Positions 1-14,011 of a stretch of DNA of 64,000 nucleotides are shown one piece after another. A program made the translations under genes and the position numbers. The stretch is from Octopus sinensis (Eukaryota): positions 77,996,001 to 78,060,000 of the forward strand of contig NC_043000.1 in assembly GCF_006345805.1 (NCBI RefSeq), written 5' to 3'. The notes under the pieces are model-generated. The model was not told where the DNA came from, searched no databases, and saw only the letters and a list, made by a program, of their open reading frames with translations. How positions within the stretch are numbered: position 1 is the stretch's first letter; each line of letters begins with the position of its first letter.

Positions 1-1354
1 TACACGACATGTGTTCAACCGGCATCTGCACTTGTGATCCCAACATCCTGTTACAGAACGAACTGCTATTATGTACTTTACTATGAACTGGTAAAATAGC
101 TCTAACTTTATTAAAAAAAAAAAGAAAAATTTTGTTTCAGACGCGACGAAGGTTGGTAAAAATAAAAAAAAAAAGAATTTTTAATCTCAGTGCATACAGT
201 ACAAAAGGAAAAAGAAAAAACACATTTTTTTAGGTAAAATTTACACGTAAAAAAAATGTATTGGTTCAATTGTTGGTCTTGTTTTAATTTCTATTTCTTT
301 CTGTTCTTTTTTCCATTTGCGTCAGTTCAACTTTTCGCTGTCATTTCCCTTAAATTTAAAAAGAACAACATGTCTTTGGCATCATTACCCATTTTCACAG
401 GTGATGCCACACTTTGGTTTGCACAACTAGAGGCATATTTTTGTGCACATAGTGTTTCTTCTGAGCAGCAGTTGCAAATTCTTTATAGTTGTATGCCTCA
501 ACTTGCAACTACTGCCAGATATCTTATTACGGATCCTTCTCCAGATGCTACTTATGCGTCTGTTAAATTAGAAGTAGAAAAAAGAAACACTAGAAGCGAG
601 GAAAGTCGCTTCTGAATTTCTGAGACGCAGACGCTCCTCTGCTTCGGAAAATTTTTTTTTTCAAGGTTGCCCGCCTACATACAAACTGTTTTGTCAACTG
701 CTTTAGAGTCCAATACTGTGGACCAAATAGCGACATGGCAGATAAGATGGTTGAATTTGCAGTGCGACCATCTTCACGTGCTGTTTGTGTCTGCTTGGAA
801 ACTTCTGCAAACTCAATTGATGGACTTTCTAAACAAATAGAAAGTCTCACCAAAAGGATGGACGCGATATGTCGCGATGGCAAGCGATTTTCAAGAACGC
901 GTAGACGTGGCCGTTCACCGTCTCGTTCCACACAGTCAAAGTCCGGACTGTGTTGGTACCACTCCAATTTTGGAGAGAAAGCCCATAAGTGCATACAGCC
1001 ATCCACCTATAAAGATTTCAACTTCCTCTACATCGTTTTCTAGTTATCGTGAATTTTTCGTTAAGGATCTAGTGTCGAAGAAATACTTCATGGTGGACAC
1101 TGGTTCTTGTTGCAGCATTTGGCCTCTGCGTCTCACAACCGACAGGCCAAAACGATCTAATGTTACCTTGCACGCTATTGACTCGTCACCAATAGCCACA
1201 TTCGGTCAGATCTCTTTACGCCTTGACATAAATCTTCGTCGAGATTTTCAGTGGGTTTTTGTCATTGCTGACATTCCGCATCCTATTTTAGGTGCGGATT
1301 TTCTAAATCACTTTGGTCTATTGGTAGATGTCAGACGTCGGAGGCTAGTCGACG

Positions 1355-1996
1355 GGTTTTATCCTGTGTGATCAGTCTTTTGAAAAATTTTGACTCATCT
1401 TCTTGGCACATCTCCAAATTCATCCTCGAGCACTCAACGCGTTCTTGCTTCTGGAAAGGTGTGAGCAACCTGGAAATCCATCTGGCAGACACCTTTTGCA
1501 TATGCAAATGGTCATGAATGATAGTTTCCAGAGACCCGGTACTAATCTTGACCTTATGGGCTATTTGGCGAATAGTTATGCGTTGACCTTCCAAAATGGC
1601 AGCCTCAACTTGACGGACAGACGTCTCATCAACGGCAGAAGGGGGCGACCAGATCTGGGAGCTGTTTCCACAGAGTTCCGACTATGTTTGAATTCACAAT
1701 GCCAGCGTTTTACAAGGTCATATGATGGGGCATCAGCACCATAAGTTACTTTCATTTCATCAAAAGTCTCCCGTGGTGTGCGTCCTTTCAAATACAAAAA
1801 CCAGATCACTGCTCGACACTCAACAGGCTCCATTTCACACTTGACTCAGTTCAAACACCTGTAAATCAAAAACCACAATTAGGTCAGAGCTGTAATTCGC
1901 CACTTAATCTATAGAGGTATAAATAAGTGCACATGCAAAATTTCAGCTAGATCAAACAAGTGGGTCAGGGGCATTACTTATTGGACGCCCCTCGTA
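1355..1996 (-). mobile_element. 5' half of a mariner (Tc1/mariner) transposon nested in Gypsy pol
   Basis: Minus-strand ORFs MEPVECRAVIWFLYLKG...PRSGRP and KVSARWISRLLT...RLITQDKT (HTH, WVPR-like linker, first catalytic D). TIR reads TA-CGAGGGGCGTCCAATAAGTAATGCCCC on the minus strand, ending at TA 1995-1996. Confidence 0.9.
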
Positions 1997-2014
1997 CTTG
2001 ATATTACTTTTAAA

Positions 2015-2764
2015 ATGGCAAAACCCGTACACTCGACACTCCATTTCATTACAACTACTGGGCCGCCTGTTTTTTCGCGCCCACGGCGTCTTGCACCTGA
2101 CCGTCTTAAAACGGCTAGGGCTGAGTTTGAGCTTATGCTCCAGCTTGGTCTGATACGCCCATCCACCAGTCCATGGGCATCACCCTTTCATTTAGTTCGA
2201 AAAGGGGATACAGATTTTCGCCCGGTGGGAGATTATCGGCATCTAAATTCTGTGACGATTCCGGACAGATATCCAATTAGGAATCTTAATGACTTTTCAG
2301 CGAATCTTCATGGCTGTACCATTTTTTCTAAGGTTGACCTCATACGTGCTTATCATCAAATATCGGTCAACCCAGCTGATGTTCCTAAAACGGCAATTAC
2401 CACTCCTTTTGGTTGTTTCGAATTTCTATACATGAGTTTTGGTTTGCGGAACGCCACTAGTACGTTCCAACGTTTTATAGATGAAGTTGTTCGTGGACTT
2501 GATTTTGTTTTCGCTTATGTCGATGATATCCTCATCGCAAGTGATACGCATGAAAATCATCTCCAGCACTTGTCTCAGCTTTTTCAGCGTCTTCGCGACT
2601 ATGGTGTTCGCATTAATCCAGACAAGTGTGTTTTTGGGCAATCATCTCTTAATTTTCTCGGTCATTGTATTGATTCGAGTGGAATCAAACCTCTCTCGTC
2701 TAAAGTCGATGCAATTCAGCGCATCGCACCACCTTCTTCTTTGCGTCAACTTCGCCATTTTTGA
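2015..2764 (+). pseudogene. Gypsy reverse transcriptase domain
   Basis: ORF carries PWASP, GDYRHLN, FSKVDLIRAYHQI, FGLRNA and YVDDILI motifs and ends at a premature stop. Confidence 0.93.
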
Positions 2765-3421
2765 GGTATAGTTAATTTCTATCGACGCTTCATAAACCGG
2801 TGTGCAGACAACTTGTTTCCTTGAACGCAGATGCTAAAGGGCAATTCTTAAAAGGACGCCCGTCTTACTCTTTCAGCTGAAGCACTGTCTGCCTTTGAGT
2901 TAGTTAAGGAACTAGCTTCAGTTCCTGTTTTAGCACATCCGGCTCCTGATGCTCCACTTACTTTATCTGTGGACGCATCAGATTCTGCAGTTGGTGCTGT
3001 CTTGCAGCACACCGCAGATGGTGAAACTAAACCTTTGGCTTTCTTTTCTTGCCAGCTAAAGCCTGCTGAACGCAGATATAGTACTTTTGATCGAGAGTTA
3101 CTAGCGATCTATCTGTCAGTTCGACATTTCCAGCACCAGCTCGAGGGGCGAGAATTTGTGATTTATACTGATCACAAGCCCCTTACGTTTGCACATTCTT
3201 CTAAAACGGACAAATTTTCCGTCACCTGGATTCTATTTCTCAGTTTATAAGTGACATTCGACACGTGCCAGGGAAGGAGAACGTCCCAGCTGATGCTCTC
3301 TCTAGACTCCCTGTCAATTCCATTTCCTCTCCTGCAGCAATTGACTTAACTGCTATTTCGCAGGATCAACCACCTTTAACGGAGTTGAATTTAACTTCGT
3401 CCAAGTTTATCAATTGTAAAT

Positions 3422-4225
3422 TTGCCTACCGTCCGCTCCCTTCAGCAGAAGGCTCTATTCTTTGTGACGTCTCCACCGGTTCACCCAGGGCCGTTAGTAC
3501 CTGAGAAACATCAACGTTCTATTTTTGATGCTCTTCATTCATTGTCACATCCGGGTATCTCTGCCACAGTAAAGCTTGTTACTGCTCGGTTCTTCTGGCC
3601 CAATATGCGACGATCGATTACCTCTTGGGCACGCTCTTATTTGAGGTGCCAGAGTGCTAAAGTGCATAGACACGTTCGTGCTCCACTTGGACAGTTTTCT
3701 TCTCCTGAGGCCTGTTTTCGCCATGTCCACCTTGATTTGGTTGAACTATTGTCTGTGAGTCGCGGGTTCTCATATATTTTAACTTATATCGATCGTTTCT
3801 CACGTTGGCCGGAAGCTATTCCTATAGCAGACGTTTCTGCTGAAACTGTTGCGAAAGCTTTCGTGTCTAATTGGATTTCTAGGTATGGTGTACCGTCCAG
3901 TTTAACCACATATCTTGGTCGACAATTCGAAGCGGTTTTATTTCGTGAGTTATCACGAATCCTGGGGATGCATCATATACGCACCACTAGTTACCATCCC
4001 GCTTCTAATGGGATGGTGGAGCGTTTCCACAGGCAACTTAAGGCCGCGTTGCATGCCTCGCCGAATCCACAGTCGTGGACTGAATTTCTTCCTATCGTCT
4101 TGCTTGGATGTCGGACTGCGATTAAAGCAGACCTTGGTTTCCTTCTGCCGAGCTCTTGTATGGTACCACACTGGCATTGCCTGGTACGATGTTGGTGCCA
4201 GACAAGTCACAGTCTCTTAATTTAA
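3422..4225 (+). pseudogene. Gypsy integrase domain
   Basis: Partly mutated HHCC (H-SLSH-PG...RCQ), [38 protein letters not shown]. Confidence 0.92.
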
Positions 4226-5105
4226 AGTCTTATGTTGCTCGACTACGCAGAAATTTTTCTGCCCTTCCTCCTATGGGCCCTCGACACCAAAATCCTCCTT
4301 CAGATCTTGATTCTTGGACACATGTTTTTCTATCAAAGGACCTCTTGTTTCGCCTTATAAAGGACCTTTTCGTGTGATTTCCCGCACGCCGAAAGTATTC
4401 AAACTTGATATTAATGGTCGTTCGGAGACCGTCTCCGTAGATCGTCTTAAAAGAGCATATTTTGAGGTGTCAACATCTTTTGATGACACCGCTGCTACAA
4501 CCATCGTTGAACCTTCACATGCACCTTTGACAACACCACCATTTACACATGCACCTTTATCAACATCAACATCGGCAACATCACCTTCGTCGTCGCAGCC
4601 TGCCTCGAACAAACCTTATGTTACGAGGTCAGGCAGAACGGTTCACTGGCCAAAGAAACTTTCAAAGACTATTTATATTTGACATTCTCAATTGTGTTCC
4701 CAGTGACAGTTACAATACTTATTGAACTTTGTTCATTTGAGTATTTTTCTTTTCCTTTTGGTGCATTCTTATTTATATTGTAAATTATATTGCGACAAAT
4801 AGCGTAGCTGGGAGATTGTGGGACATTAGAAGATCCATTAAAGAGAATTGTTTTATTGAAAAATTCAGGCAAATGTTAAATAGACATTATCATTCTTCTG
4901 TTTTATCATCGCTCCAACAGAAATCTCTCCGTTAGTCTCGGACTATTGAGAAATATATTTTCAAAATGCGGTTATGTTAAAATTTTGAATGAAATACGAG
5001 TCACTTGCAAAACTTGAAAGATCTATGTCATTTATTAAGAAAGTTATTCCTTCTATTGCATTACTTCAGAGACAGCCCGTGTGTATGTATTTTTGTTTAT
5101 AAATA

Positions 5106-5140
<35 letters not shown>

Positions 5141-6449
5141 AGACACACACACACACACATGTGGGTTGTTACTTGAAGTTTCTTTTGTCGTCGGGTGAAT
5201 GTCGGCTGATGAGCGTCAGCGAGGAACTTCTAATAATGTGTCACACAGGCTCATTTTTAACCAAATGTTATTCTATTCCACTTATCAACATTGGCAACTT
5301 TCTTTTCCAAATATACATTATACGTATATTTTGGGGTTCGAGCCCTATATATATATATGGAAGAAGGAAATTGGGGAAAGCTTACAACTTCCCTTCCAGT
5401 ACTTTCAGCCCAATTAACTCACTGAATTGGAAATTCTAGTTGACTCTCCAAAATCCCATTAGAATTTATTTTGTCACTGAAGGCCAGTGTTGCGTTATGA
5501 TGACATCATACTTACACGTCATTTAAAATGTTCATAAGGTGGAATAAATTATTTTACTGTAAGGCGTAGAATTTATCGTTTCAGGCGAAACTTTTAGTCA
5601 GAGGAAAAGAAAAAGAGTGAGACAGAAAGAAAGAGGGGGGTGGAGGAGGAGCAGGAGGAGGAAAAGAGCATCATTCGAAACGTTAGATTTCTGTTAAGTC
5701 ACCGTAATATAATTTATTACATTTAGCTCGTACTTACACATCGTTTGTAGACTTAAAAACAACAAAAACTGATAAATGTTGTTTGAATTTATATCAGTTT
5801 TATGTATAGAATGATAAAACTAATAATTATAAGGTTATAAATTTACCTCTAAGAACCAACAGATTTGCAAATTGTTGACATTGTTATTGCTAGTGCATTG
5901 ACCCAGTTCAACTCTGATTAAGAAGTTCTATGACTGACGATGTTCTAGATATGATAATCCCTACTATCGCTAATACATAGAGTAAACGGGATAACGTTAT
6001 CCAATGTCCTTCTCAGTTTATGACTATGCGATGTTATTTGATGAAGATTTGGCTACTATTTCTAACATATTGAGTAACCTCTTAGAGATTCCCGTGCTGG
6101 TCGTAGAAATTATCCTTTAAATACGTTGTTATTCAGCCCCAGGTAAGAGCAGATCTCTGATCAAAGGCATTATATCAAATTTGTTCCATCATTTTTCAGG
6201 TTAGTTCCTTTGTTGATGCTTGCAGTCAGTGGTGAGCGCAGTTAATATTTCTCACGGAGCTCCAGTAATCGTATCGCAGAAATTGTGAAGTACTGAACTA
6301 ACCATTTTCCAGTCAACACGCGCACGCACGTATGTATGTCAGTATCCAGCTTATTTCAAGATTTCTTGCCATTAGAGGAAGAACGGTTTCTAACCTAGAT
6401 CCAAGGCTCCTTCATAGGAATTTCAACATCAACTACAGGGTATTTTTGT

Positions 6450-6705
6450 ATGAATGTATGTGCAGATTTGTATGATTTATGTATGTATTCTCATGTATAT
6501 AGCTGCATATATAGACATGCTGATATATATTTAAATGATAAACTTCTGGAAATTTTTACAGATTTTTACAGTTCCAGTGATGGATTGGATCTGTAGTCTT
6601 CGATTTAGCTTTCTCTTTTCTGGATTTGAGAAGCCTGATTTCTCAAGATTGATATTTAGGCAGTGTGTTACATATCTCAGGGCCCAAATAATTACAGGTA
6701 TAGCC
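6450..6705 (-). mobile_element. 3' end fragment of R4/Dong-type (restriction-like endonuclease) LINE
   Basis: Reverse-complement homologue of 22620-22870 (IPVIIGAL...LEKLGF...GTVKI), ending in a TACA-type tail. Confidence 0.75.
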
Positions 6706-6842
6706 GGTTTTGTTACTGTTTGTGTAATACTACTTTCATATGTTTCCTATTTGGAAATAGATAATAAATATATTTTACTTTTGAAGTAGGAATATATATT
6801 GAAAAACATGTCACTTATAACTTACTTATAAGTGTTATCATT

Positions 6843-7390
6843 ATATTGGATAGGCAACTAAGTTCCTGCCGTTTTCTAAATTTAAATTTTTAAAAAGGTT
6901 TAATAAAAAAAATAACAACTAATTAATCAATAATGTATTCACCCTTGTTGTTTACAATTTCTTCCCAACGTTCAACAAGATTTTTCAATACCTCGTTGGT
7001 AGAAATCACCTGATTTCGACTCGGAAAATTGATCCAACCAAGCTCTCAATTCTGCATCAGTATTGAACGAAACTCTGTGCATAGCATTTGAAAGAGATCG
7101 AAAGAGGTGGAAACCCGTTGGTGCCAAATCAGGAGAGTACGGCGGGTGTGGCAGCACTTCCCAGCCATGCGTTTGAATGGCTGCCTTGGTCATATTGGTG
7201 ATATGAGGACGGGCGTTGTCGTGCAGCAGATGAACTCCATGCTGCCGATTAGGTCTATTTTCTTGAATAGCCGTGTTATAGATTCCAGAATGATTCAAAA
7301 ATAGAATTATCGAAAAAAATACATTCCAAAATTTAAAAAGGCAATAAATTCCAAAATTTTAAAAACGGCGGGAATCTTCACTCCATCTAC
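6843..7390 (-). mobile_element. Internally deleted mariner
   Basis: ORF LLHDNARPH...HPPYSPDLAPTGFHLFRSL. TIR TATTGGATAGGCAACTAAGTTCCTGCCGTTT at about 6844, with a degenerate partner at about 7361. Same family as 50800-51910. Confidence 0.88.
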
Positions 7391-7761
7391 ATAAACGCCA
7401 TAGCGAGAAATATATACTCTGAAACGCTAGCGGAATTTTATGCGTGCATGTATGTTAAAGATAAATAAATTCGTGTTCCTTTAACCCCTATAAAAATACA
7501 GTTTCATAATTGCAGAAATAAATTTCATTAAGAAGTTGAAGAATGTGAAGAAAGAGAAAATAATTACTACATTATTTTATTTATGTACATTTAGCCTTTA
7601 TAGTACGATTGGAATTTAAAGTCATTTTGTCATAGAGAAGTACGACTTAAAATTCACACTAGCTAATCCTTCATACTAACTACTAGAGTTCACAATAATT
7701 CAAATAAGCCTTGTTGGATTTTCATCATAGACATGGCATGAAAAATAGCCAATATCTCAAT

Positions 7762-7880
7762 GAGTGAGTGTTGTGGAGTTTAGTACATCCAACTATCACT
7801 ATTGTGGGTGGTGTAAAGTTTAGTAACATCCTACGATCACTATTGGGAGTGTCATGGAGTTTAGTAACATCCTGCGACCA
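7762..7880. repeat. Three imperfect ~38-bp tandem units
   Basis: Recurring GAGTTTAGTAACATCC-(TA)CGATCACTATTG-type motif. Confidence 0.6.
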
Positions 7881-8355
7881 GGGTTTTTATAACTCCTCAT
7901 ATCCGAATTTTAAGAATCGTATTTCGTGAAAGATTTCTTAGGCGAAAGTTTAGAATTCGTATATGAGTAGTAATTTTAACCAATGTGATTACCAACAATT
8001 ATCCTTGTTGGGGCAAACAACCATTACGTCATATTGCCGCCTTTTATGACTTGCTACATAAGCCCTTCACCAGAAAAATTGTCAATTTTGCGAAAAATAA
8101 TGCTAATACATATATACTTCAATTCAATGTTTGAATTAATACTTTTAGCAAGTTAAATATACAAATCTACAAAGAATTCACAAATTTACAATGTTAAAGA
8201 AATGAAAATAACCGCTCATCACGGTTTTACAATAACAATAGCGTTCTTGTAAAGTTTATCAAATTGTTCAATCAAAGTTCTCTGAAATAAAATTACAAAT
8301 CTTTTTTTTTTATAAACAAAATTTCCAGGATTATAAAAGTTCATGCGGAATATAT

Positions 8356-10590
8356 TCAAACAAACTGAGAAAGTCTTTTGGGAAAATGCACAATTCTACC
8401 ACTTCTAGTTTTCTTTTCGCTGGTAGGTGATTTTAAAATTGACTTGTGGATCTTTTCCTCAACCTTAAGTTCGCTGTCTTGTGAATTGTTCTGTTTCAAG
8501 TTTTTTTGAAATGTGTTGCTCAAATCGTTATTTTCATCACATGAAGACTGATCGAAATAAGCTTTTTTAACTCTTTCTAAACTAACAATTTCCTTTTTAT
8601 CATGCATATCCAAGGTCATAGTTTTATCTTTAATTGACAAGACGTAAAAAGGTCCAGTGTATTTATAATTCAATGAATCATTGAATGGTATCATTACTGG
8701 TATCATTACGTCCAAGAATTAACATCGGAAGGGACGAAACTTTTAATACTTTGTAATTTACTTGTAAAAGAAGGAACATTAGAAAGAAATCTCTTGAATC
8801 GGGGTTACATAATTGTTAATATCTTCATTAAAAGAATTGGCTTCTTCAAACTTTTGACCAGGTAGAGTTAATGTTGTTCCGTACAAAAGTTCAGCAGGAG
8901 AATATTATAAACTTTCTTTAACAGCACTCTTGATTCCAAACAATGTCACTGGTAAAGCTTCTAACCAATTGCTAGAATCAGAATAAGTTCTTAATGAAGA
9001 TTTCAACTGCCTATGAAACCGTTCTATCATGCCGTTAGATTGTGGATGATATGAAGCTGTACGAATTCTATGAATTCCCAACAATTTGTTGAATTCTACG
9101 AAAAGTGTTGACTCAAATTGTCTTCCATGACCTGTTGTCAATGTGTTGGGTATACCCTATCTAGACATCCAATTTGTAAATAAAGTTCTTGCTATAGTGA
9201 CCGCAGATATATCTTTGGTTGGATAAGCTTCTGGCCATCGCGAAAAACGTTCTATGCATGTTAACAAATAAATATTACCTTCCACCGGAGGCAATGGTCC
9301 AACTATGTCAATATGAATGTGTTGGAATCTGGCATGAAGATTTGCAAAAGTACCTAATGGTGCTTTAATGTGACGATTTACTTTTGCTTTTTGTCACGGC
9401 ATATACGAGTGAACCCAAGAACGAATATTTTTATTCATACCAGGCCAAACAAAACGACTTGATATTAATTTTAATGAAGCTCCAATACCAGGATGAGATA
9501 TTTTATGAAAAGTAGAAAAACAACTTTTCTATGTCTTTCAGGTACAAATGGTCTAGAAAAACCAGTAGAAATATCACACCAAATATGTGATTTACAAGAA
9601 TGAATAGGCAATAATTTAAATTTCAAAGAAGTAGAACTGGAATCTTTATATAAAGAAAATTCTTTATCAGTAGTTTGATCTTTAGGCATTTCTTCTAAAT
9701 TGATAGTGCTTAATGAACTTAATGTATCAACATTCGTTCGAGAAAGTGCATCAGCTGCAGAATTTTCAACACCCTTGATATACCGTGTATCCACAGTACA
9801 CTGTGAAATAGAATCAAGGTGTCTAATTTCTCTGGGAGAATATTTTTCAGAAGAAATTTTCGTGCATGTGTCAATGTTCTATGGTTAGTAAATAATGTAA
9901 ATGATCTACCTTCAAGAATATGCCTGAAGTGTTTAACTGACAAGTAAACTGCCAACAATTCTCTGCCGAAAGCGCTGTATTTCGTTTCTGCTGCCTTAAA
10001 TTCTTTTGAAAAGAAGGATAATGGTTGCCAAGAACCACAATGAAACTGTTGTAAAACTCCACCGATTTCAACATCGGAAGCATCAACTACCAATGATAAT
10101 TTTGCTTCAGAAACTGGATGGTTTAAGAGTGTTGCTTCACACAGTTTTTCTTTTATGCTTTGAAAAGCTTTCATTTCATCATCCTTTAAAGTTATAGCTT
10201 CATTTTTCTAGCGTTTCTCTAGGGACTTTTCAATCGTCTACGCCATCTTGCATTATTTCTATTATAGGAGCGTTTATCTCTCCCCATTTGAAGACTTTCG
10301 ATCTTGACTTTCATGACTTTCAATTGTTTCTCGTTTCTTTCATCAACTGTAAATCTGAGGAAATGGATGGCAAGGAATTTACAGACTCTCTAGGTGATAA
10401 TTCAATAATACCATCTGCCAAATCTACCAATTGTTTGAGAGAATTTTGCTCTTTCACCACTGAAAGTAGTGTTAGAGTACTATGAGGTAACTTGCCAAAG
10501 AAAACTTCCTTAAGATAAGACTCTTCTATCTATTGATTTCCGAGAAGTTCTTTCATTCTACGAAAAAGCTGAGTAGGTTTTCTGTCAGTT
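8356..10590 (-). mobile_element. Second decayed Ty3/Gypsy element (gag, RNase H, integrase); PR-RT deleted
   Basis: Minus-strand gag motif TDRKPTQLFRRMKELLG (~10590), RNase H (VDASDVEIGGVLQQ, YSAFGRELLAVY), integrase ([23 protein letters not shown]) and C-terminal TRSGRIVHFPKRL. Confidence 0.9.
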
Positions 10591-10619
10591 GTTCGTTATT
10601 GAACAGTTTAATAAATTAT

Positions 10620-11330
10620 TTTTGCTTTGAATTAGAAGTCCTCTTTAGTATCTCTTCCTTTACGGAAGAATATCTCATATTAATGAGATAAGTAAACTTG
10701 TCAACAACCTTCAGCTTCTTCTCGTCCATATAGATGGAAGGTTCCATATAGGCTAGTGCTGGTTGAAACATGTCAACTGTTTTATCTAGACTGGATAAAA
10801 GGCTTTGCGTGTCTGGGACCGGCGTGGAGATCTCAGACAAGAGTAGGAAAGACTTTCGAATTAGCGTATGTTGGAAAACATGACACACCTTTGTTGCTGC
10901 TCTTGAAAGCGACAAGAAGAACAATAAAGAAGTTGAAAAACATATTTGGTACAACTAGGTCCCCCTGTTCAACACCTTTCTCTACTTCTATTAGTTCAGA
11001 AATAATACCTCGAACATTGACAGAAGCTTCCATGTCATCATAGAAGGATTTGACCAAGTTGATGAGGTGTTGGGTACAGTCCAGTTTGCCAAGAGTACTT
11101 CTCTGTTAATCGTATAAAAGGCCTTTGTAAGATCGACAACGACCTGATATAAGCACTAGCCTTGTTCTACTTTTCTTGAAATTCGTGCGCTGTAAATATC
11201 ATGTTCGTGTTTCTGGGAGAATCCTGACAGAGATATGAGAGTTCAGTTCGGATAGGATTTTACCAGACAAGATCTTTCCTATTGTGCATAGAACATTTAT
11301 GTCTCTGTTGTTTCCACAAAATTAATGGAC
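10620..11330 (-). mobile_element. Decayed RTE-clade LINE RT fragment
   Basis: VKSFYDDMEASVNVRG...KGVEQGDLVVPNMF (RT QG motif), DLTKAF-like motif near 11130 and LKVVDKFTYL. Confidence 0.75.
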
Positions 11331-11387
11331 GCCTTTGTTTTTTTACAGAGGAATCATAACAGCATCTCTCTCAGTTTGAGACTCCTC

Positions 11388-11535
11388 CATACATACATAC
11401 AAACATACATACATACATACATACATACATACATACATACATACATACATAATACATACATACATACATACATACATACATACATACATACATACATACA
11501 TACATACATACATACATACATACATACATACATAC
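11388..11535. repeat. (TACA)n microsatellite
   Basis: Direct reading. Confidence 0.98.
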
Positions 11536-12723
11536 GTATATGCAAAGTACATTCACGTATGCAAACATGTAGTTTAAGAGTCGGAGTATGTATTGTTTAT
11601 GTAAAGTAATGAATAAAGTCATAGAGAAGATTTCTGCATCAAATAATTTATGGCACCCACCTTCCATATTGCACTATAACTGATATTTTGGCATAAAACA
11701 CCATATACATACCATTCTGAAATTATAGAACTCTTCGGGTTTTGTTCTTTCATTCAGGGTTTCGTATCACAATGTTGGGTTTCTTCGCTCGACAAACTTT
11801 TTAAGTGAAAAATATTCCTTAAAGGTTTTCTTTACCCTAAGATATTGGTAGCAAATATGTCATCAAATTATTCTTCTAAACTCCCAAACAGTCAATGACA
11901 ATAATAAGTTTTCTTCTTTTCCTTCCATTTTTCTATATGACTCTCCGTCTACTACACACACTTATTTAGTTGGAGTTTCTCTGGGACTTCTGTTTATGCA
12001 AGATAACTGAATTAATAAATCCTGCACCATACGATTTTTCATCAAACAGATTATTTTAGTTTTTCTACGTCACGAATCAATGTTATACATGCATTCGTCA
12101 TTTCAAATTAAAAATTAATCATAACGGTAGCATTTGGAACTTGAAGGATGCTCATCAAATTTCCTTTTCAAGGACAAATTTGCTTTCGAATTAATAAATT
12201 TATATGTTGCGAGTCATTTTCATCATGTTTTTGTTTTTTCGTCCGCCAACTGAAAATGGTTGAAAATGCGAATAGTTAAATCATGAAAATTACTTTCAAA
12301 TAACCTGCACTAATTTGAATTTTACAACATATTTTGTAAAATTACACATTTACTCTGCCTTTTTAAGTGCAGAAAGTGATTAAAATTCTCATTTTCTAGC
12401 TGAGAGATGCGAACTTCAACTATTGAGAATTTCAACTTGAATGAATGCATATCACTAACAAAGTGAGGAGAGAATTTCTTTTTGTCCGGCAGTTTCAAAG
12501 TTAGATAAGTTAAATATGCCCATTGGGATTACATAAAAAGGTTTCTTTCTTCGGACAGCTCATCTACGTCATGTAGAAAATCATGAAAGGTATTTTTCAG
12601 TTTCCTATATCCACTATAATCTGTGTTCTAAAAACTCTTTGGTTAATCTATACTCAAACTTCACAATTATTAACACAATCTGCTAATGTTTTTTCACACG
12701 TTTCTTGGCTGATAATGCGACGA

Positions 12724-14011
12724 TACGAGGTGCATTCGAAAAAGTTTGAAACTTTTTAGAAGACAGTTATAACTGTCCTGGATTATTTTTATTTTAGTCT
12801 ATCTATACTATACATCTAAAAAAGCTGACCTGCCAACCTTTTACTCCAGTTTGAAGGAGGCGGATGCGAGATCACTTTGAACACACTTTACTAAACACTG
12901 CTGGTCACAGTTGACAAGTAGCATGATGCAGTAGGGAATTTCGAAGCTTGCTATGCAATAAAGTTTTGTATTGAACGAGACAAAAGCGCTACTGAGACTT
13001 ACGAAATACTCCAGACTGCTTATGGATTAACTTGTATGAGCCGAGTATGATTTTCGTTGACAAAAGAGGATCAATGGCGGTAGAGAGGAAGTGAGTTACG
13101 ATGAAAGGTATAGGAGGGAGAAGGACGTCAGAACAAAGAGCTAGTTGAGAAAATTCTCTATTTTCTGGATGAAGACCGTCTATAAAGATAATAGTATACA
13201 GTTTTGAGTTGGTGTGGCAAATGTACATGGAGTTATTCATAAAGATATGAGAAAACTTTGTGCAAAGTTATTTTCCCAAGGGTGCTGAGAGACAAATAGA
13301 AAGGAAGTTGCGTTGATGACTGCAGGAAGATGGTTGAGTTCACTACTTCTAATCCAAGAGTACTTGAGTCTCTGGAGACATATGACAAAAACTAGATCTA
13401 CAGTTATGAGTCAAAGACCAAAAGATAGAGTGCTCAATGGAACCATCCTAACTCCTCCAGACTCATGAAGGCCAAGCAAAGCAAGTCCTGTGTAAAGCTC
13501 ATGAAGATTCCTTTATCGACAGCGAGGGTATCGTCTACATCCACTGGATTCCCTCTGCCCGGGCGGTCAACAAAGAGTACTTTGTGGATATTTGAGGGAG
13601 TTCAAGAAGAGATTTCGTCACAAAAAACCAGAGGTCTTCCACTCGGCTCGATGGTATCTGTACCAGAGCAATGCACCAGTCTACAATTCCATCCCGGTAA
13701 CCAACTACTCAGCAGAGATGGGTATGAAAATTGTCCCTCACCCTCCATACAGTTCAGACTTCATTCCCTGGGACTTTTGGTTGTACCCCAAGCAGAACGA
13801 AAACTTCGGGGACGGTCGTTTTCAAGACATTGAGATGAAGAAGGCTGTGACAAAGATCCTGGACACACTCACTTTGGAGGATATCTTCTGGTTGAAGCGC
13901 TACAAGTGCATTAAAGTCAGGGAATTCTCATTTGAAGAAAATTAGTTTTGTGCTTTGAAATTGATAACTGTCTCCTGAAAACATCCCTGAAATACTGGAA
14001 TGTACCTTGTG
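12724..14011 (+). mobile_element. Full-length-sized decayed mariner (~1.3 kb)
   Basis: Termini TACGAGGTGCATTC ... GAATGTACCTTGT. Transposase remnants AIKFC, WYLYQSNAPV and HPPYSSDFIPWDFWLYPK. Confidence 0.85.

Larger units (their letters stand above)
370..4682 (+). mobile_element. Decayed Ty3/Gypsy LTR retrotransposon internal region (gag-PR-RT-RNaseH-IN), interrupted by a mariner fragment
   Basis: Gag (LWFAQLEAYF; CWYHSNFGEKAHKC knuckle), protease (FMVDTGS...ILGADFL), RT (SPWASP, DYRHLN, KVDLIRAYHQ, YVDD), RNase H (DASDSAVGAVL, YSTFDRELLA, TDHKPL) and integrase ([23 protein letters not shown]) in Gypsy order. Multiple stops and frameshifts. LTRs not resolved. Confidence 0.95.

Noticed and set aside
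1-4930. Paired LTRs for the first Gypsy
   Set aside because: Only weak PBS-like (~31-45) and PPT-like (~4807-4816) hints. No matching direct repeats are visible within the window.
5200-5232. CTGATGA-GC gtca GC-GAGGAAC hammerhead-like string
   Set aside because: No GAAA core half and no stem I partner, so it is compatible with chance.
7762-7880. Regularly spaced ~38-bp repeats resembling a CRISPR array
   Set aside because: Eukaryotic context, whole units are homologous (no unique spacers) and there are no cas genes. It is a minisatellite.
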